A stretch of DNA of 64,000 nt from Podarcis erhardii. Its lineage: Eukaryota. Under the pieces are notes generated by a model. The model saw only the letters and a program-made list of their open reading frames with translations, did not search any database and was not told where the DNA came from. The position numbers and the translations under genes are program-made. The stretch lies in NCBI GenBank assembly GCA_964252035.1, contig OZ176200.1, one strand, 5' to 3'. Each line of letters opens with the position of its first letter. The first letter of the stretch is position 1. Of the stretch, positions 13,201 through 64,000 are shown piece after piece.

Positions 13201-14540
13201 TGCCACTAACCAAATGTTTTAAATAAATTGTATAAGCAGTATTTCTTTGTGTGGGTAGATGTTCAGCTATGCATCTTTTTACAGAAAATTACACAACCAG
13301 ACAGCAAGGGTTCCATTCCGCAAATGAACGTTTAATCCTGAATATGAATATGTGAGGTATTTCCAGTTCTGGATGATTTTACATGTCTACTTTTGAAGAT
13401 ATTTTGAAGATTATTTTGAATTAGAGCACAGTTGGCAAAAACAACTGGAAATAATTGTGTTAGAACAAATACAATTTTGGAAAGGAGTCTGACAATTATT
13501 TTACAACCAAATCATGAGGTTCACTTCTCAGTCATTCCCTCACTGGCATGACTTGGGACAAACCACATTCGCAGTTCTCTTATTTATTAGATAAAAATAA
13601 AAATGACGCGAGGATTGCATTGACAGAAGGCTTATGTCAAACTGAATGACATACTAGAGACTGTATCCAAATTTATAATTAATTAATTGCCACTCAAAGC
13701 AATGAATTATAAATGTGTCATACACATTGCTTGGTGGGAGCATTTTCAACAATATTGTCAAAGTAGTCAATGAAGTTCTGAAGTTGATCTGGTTTTGCGT
13801 TTATTATAAGAATGCAAAGTAACATGGAAAGAAACTTAAGGAGGAGTGCTGCTTGCTTCTCTATTGCTTTGGGGGCATTCTACCTGTGCAACTCATAAGC
13901 TTGAGATGAACTGGACCAGTAAAAGCTGTTGAGCTTTTTAAAGTTTCGCCCAAAGTTTGCTTTCTTGCAAAATGTAGAAAAATAGAAAAGTTTTTGAGCT
14001 ATTTTTATTGACATTCGTCAAAATCTACACTCCTGGCATAGGTTGCCATACACCCACATTTTCACGGACATAAAAAACCCGATTCCCACCCAGACCCTGT
14101 TTCCGACGGCCGATTTCCGTCTGTGTCCGGGAAACCCCGGGCGCAGGGCAACCCTAATTCGCAATGCTTGGGCCGGGGGCTGGGCTGGGGGGCTTCAGCG
14201 TCCGGGAGGCGCGTCTGGGGGAAGCCCCGCAAGCACAGGGTCTCCCGATCCCCAACCCCGCCGAGCCCCTGCTGCCAGCCCGTGTCCGCGGCCCCGAGCT
14301 AGGTGGACCCAATGGTCTGGCTGGGGGCAAGGCGGCCGATCCGCCGGCTCCCCTCCCGGAGAGGGCAAGGTGTGCGGGGGGGGGGAAGGGGCCCTTGGGG
14401 GTCCGGCTCAGGTGCCACAAGGTCTGGCTGCGTCCCGGTGCTTCAGGTTATGCTGGGCGGCTTGGATGCTGGAGATCCCTCGGGCGGGGCTGCGGGCGAG
14501 GGCCCCCCCCCGGCCCCCCAACTCGGCTCGCCCCTCGCCC

Positions 14541-14710
14541 GCCCGCCCCCTCTTTTGTTCGCCCTGGAATGCAACTCCCCGCGACGTCACCCGCCGGCCC
14601 GGGCCAATCAGCGAGCGGCTGGCCCTTCCGAGGGGTGTCCCGCCGGCTCCTCCTCGCCCCCCCCCCGCCCCGCTCCGCGCGGGGTCTCCGGCGCCTGGAG
14701 CTCCATATAA
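14541..14710 (+). promoter_or_regulatory. FN1: FN1 proximal promoter: GC box, CRE-like element, CCAAT box, TATA box
   Basis: GCCCGCCCCC 14541-14550; CGACGTCA 14582-14589; CCAAT 14604-14608; TATAA 14706-14710, 158 nt before the ATG. Same CRE-CCAAT-TATA order as the mammalian FN1 promoter. Confidence 0.85.
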
Positions 14711-14863
14711 GCCCGCCGGGACCCAGCGCGCTGCCCTTCTCGCCCGCTGCAAGGTCGGCGCGCCCCCGCCAAGGAGCAAGAGGCAGCCAGAGCGCTCAGA
14801 GGGGCCATCGGCAAGGAGCCCCCCCCCCCGCAACCCCGAAGGAAGTCCGCTTGGCTGGCGAAG

Positions 14864-63591
<48,728 letters not shown>

Positions 63592-64000
63592 GTAAGAAAC
63601 TGATTCATTGATACGTTTTATCCAGTCATCAAACTGATGTGATTTGATATTGGAATTGGTAGACTTTTGGGGAGTGTGTGGGGAGATGATTGGCTAGACG
63701 TCTACTTTAGACTCTTGCTGTCACACTTTATCTGCATTTTCTATGGCTATTTTTCATTTGTTTTCCCCTCATTTCACCAAATTTCATTTTGATGGCCTCT
63801 ATTTCATTTTTCTCTTTGTAGTTACTACTTTAAACTCTATGCAAAAAGTATTATGCGGAAATCATGTACTGGAAGAAACATTATAAATACACACTCGGGT
63901 AGCCCTGAAAAATTATGTTTCTTTTTGTTTGGAATTTATCCATCCCACTATAGAATATGAGCTCTGTCACCAGTACCTAAGACCTGGTAGGCCAACAGTA

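Noticed and set aside
63592-64000. RGD loop, synergy site, EDA and V region
   Set aside because: These lie downstream of exon 26, outside the window; their absence is not a gene truncation.

Overview
Vertebrate genomic DNA from a squamate, probably a lacertid lizard (Sauria SINEs, BovB, L1, L2, CR1, Penelope ends, hAT and Tc1/mariner MITEs). It holds about 14 kb of repeat-rich upstream sequence, a CpG-island promoter (CRE-like, CCAAT, TATA), and coding exons 1-26 of fibronectin 1 (FN1, + strand, 4252 nt of CDS, all introns GT-AG). These exons cover the signal peptide, FI-1 to FI-9, FII-1/2, FIII-1 to FIII-7, the alternative EDB/EIIIB exon and the first half of FIII-8. The gene runs off the 3' end; RGD, EDA and the V region are outside the window. 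Notable observations: (1) a complete minimal hammerhead-ribozyme motif antisense in intron 1, inside a Penelope-like end, with a fold-back sister copy upstream; (2) a SINE/MITE/L1-like triple nest in intron 6 with a 180-bp flanking duplication and a palindrome-packed MITE core; (3) an unusually diverged EDB exon with retained TGCATG (RBFOX) cluster and long AG-free zone; (4) a non-palindromic version of the FN1 CRE; (5) a young BovB fragment with an open frame. All comparisons to human or chicken sequence and to repeat consensuses are from memory and need alignment.
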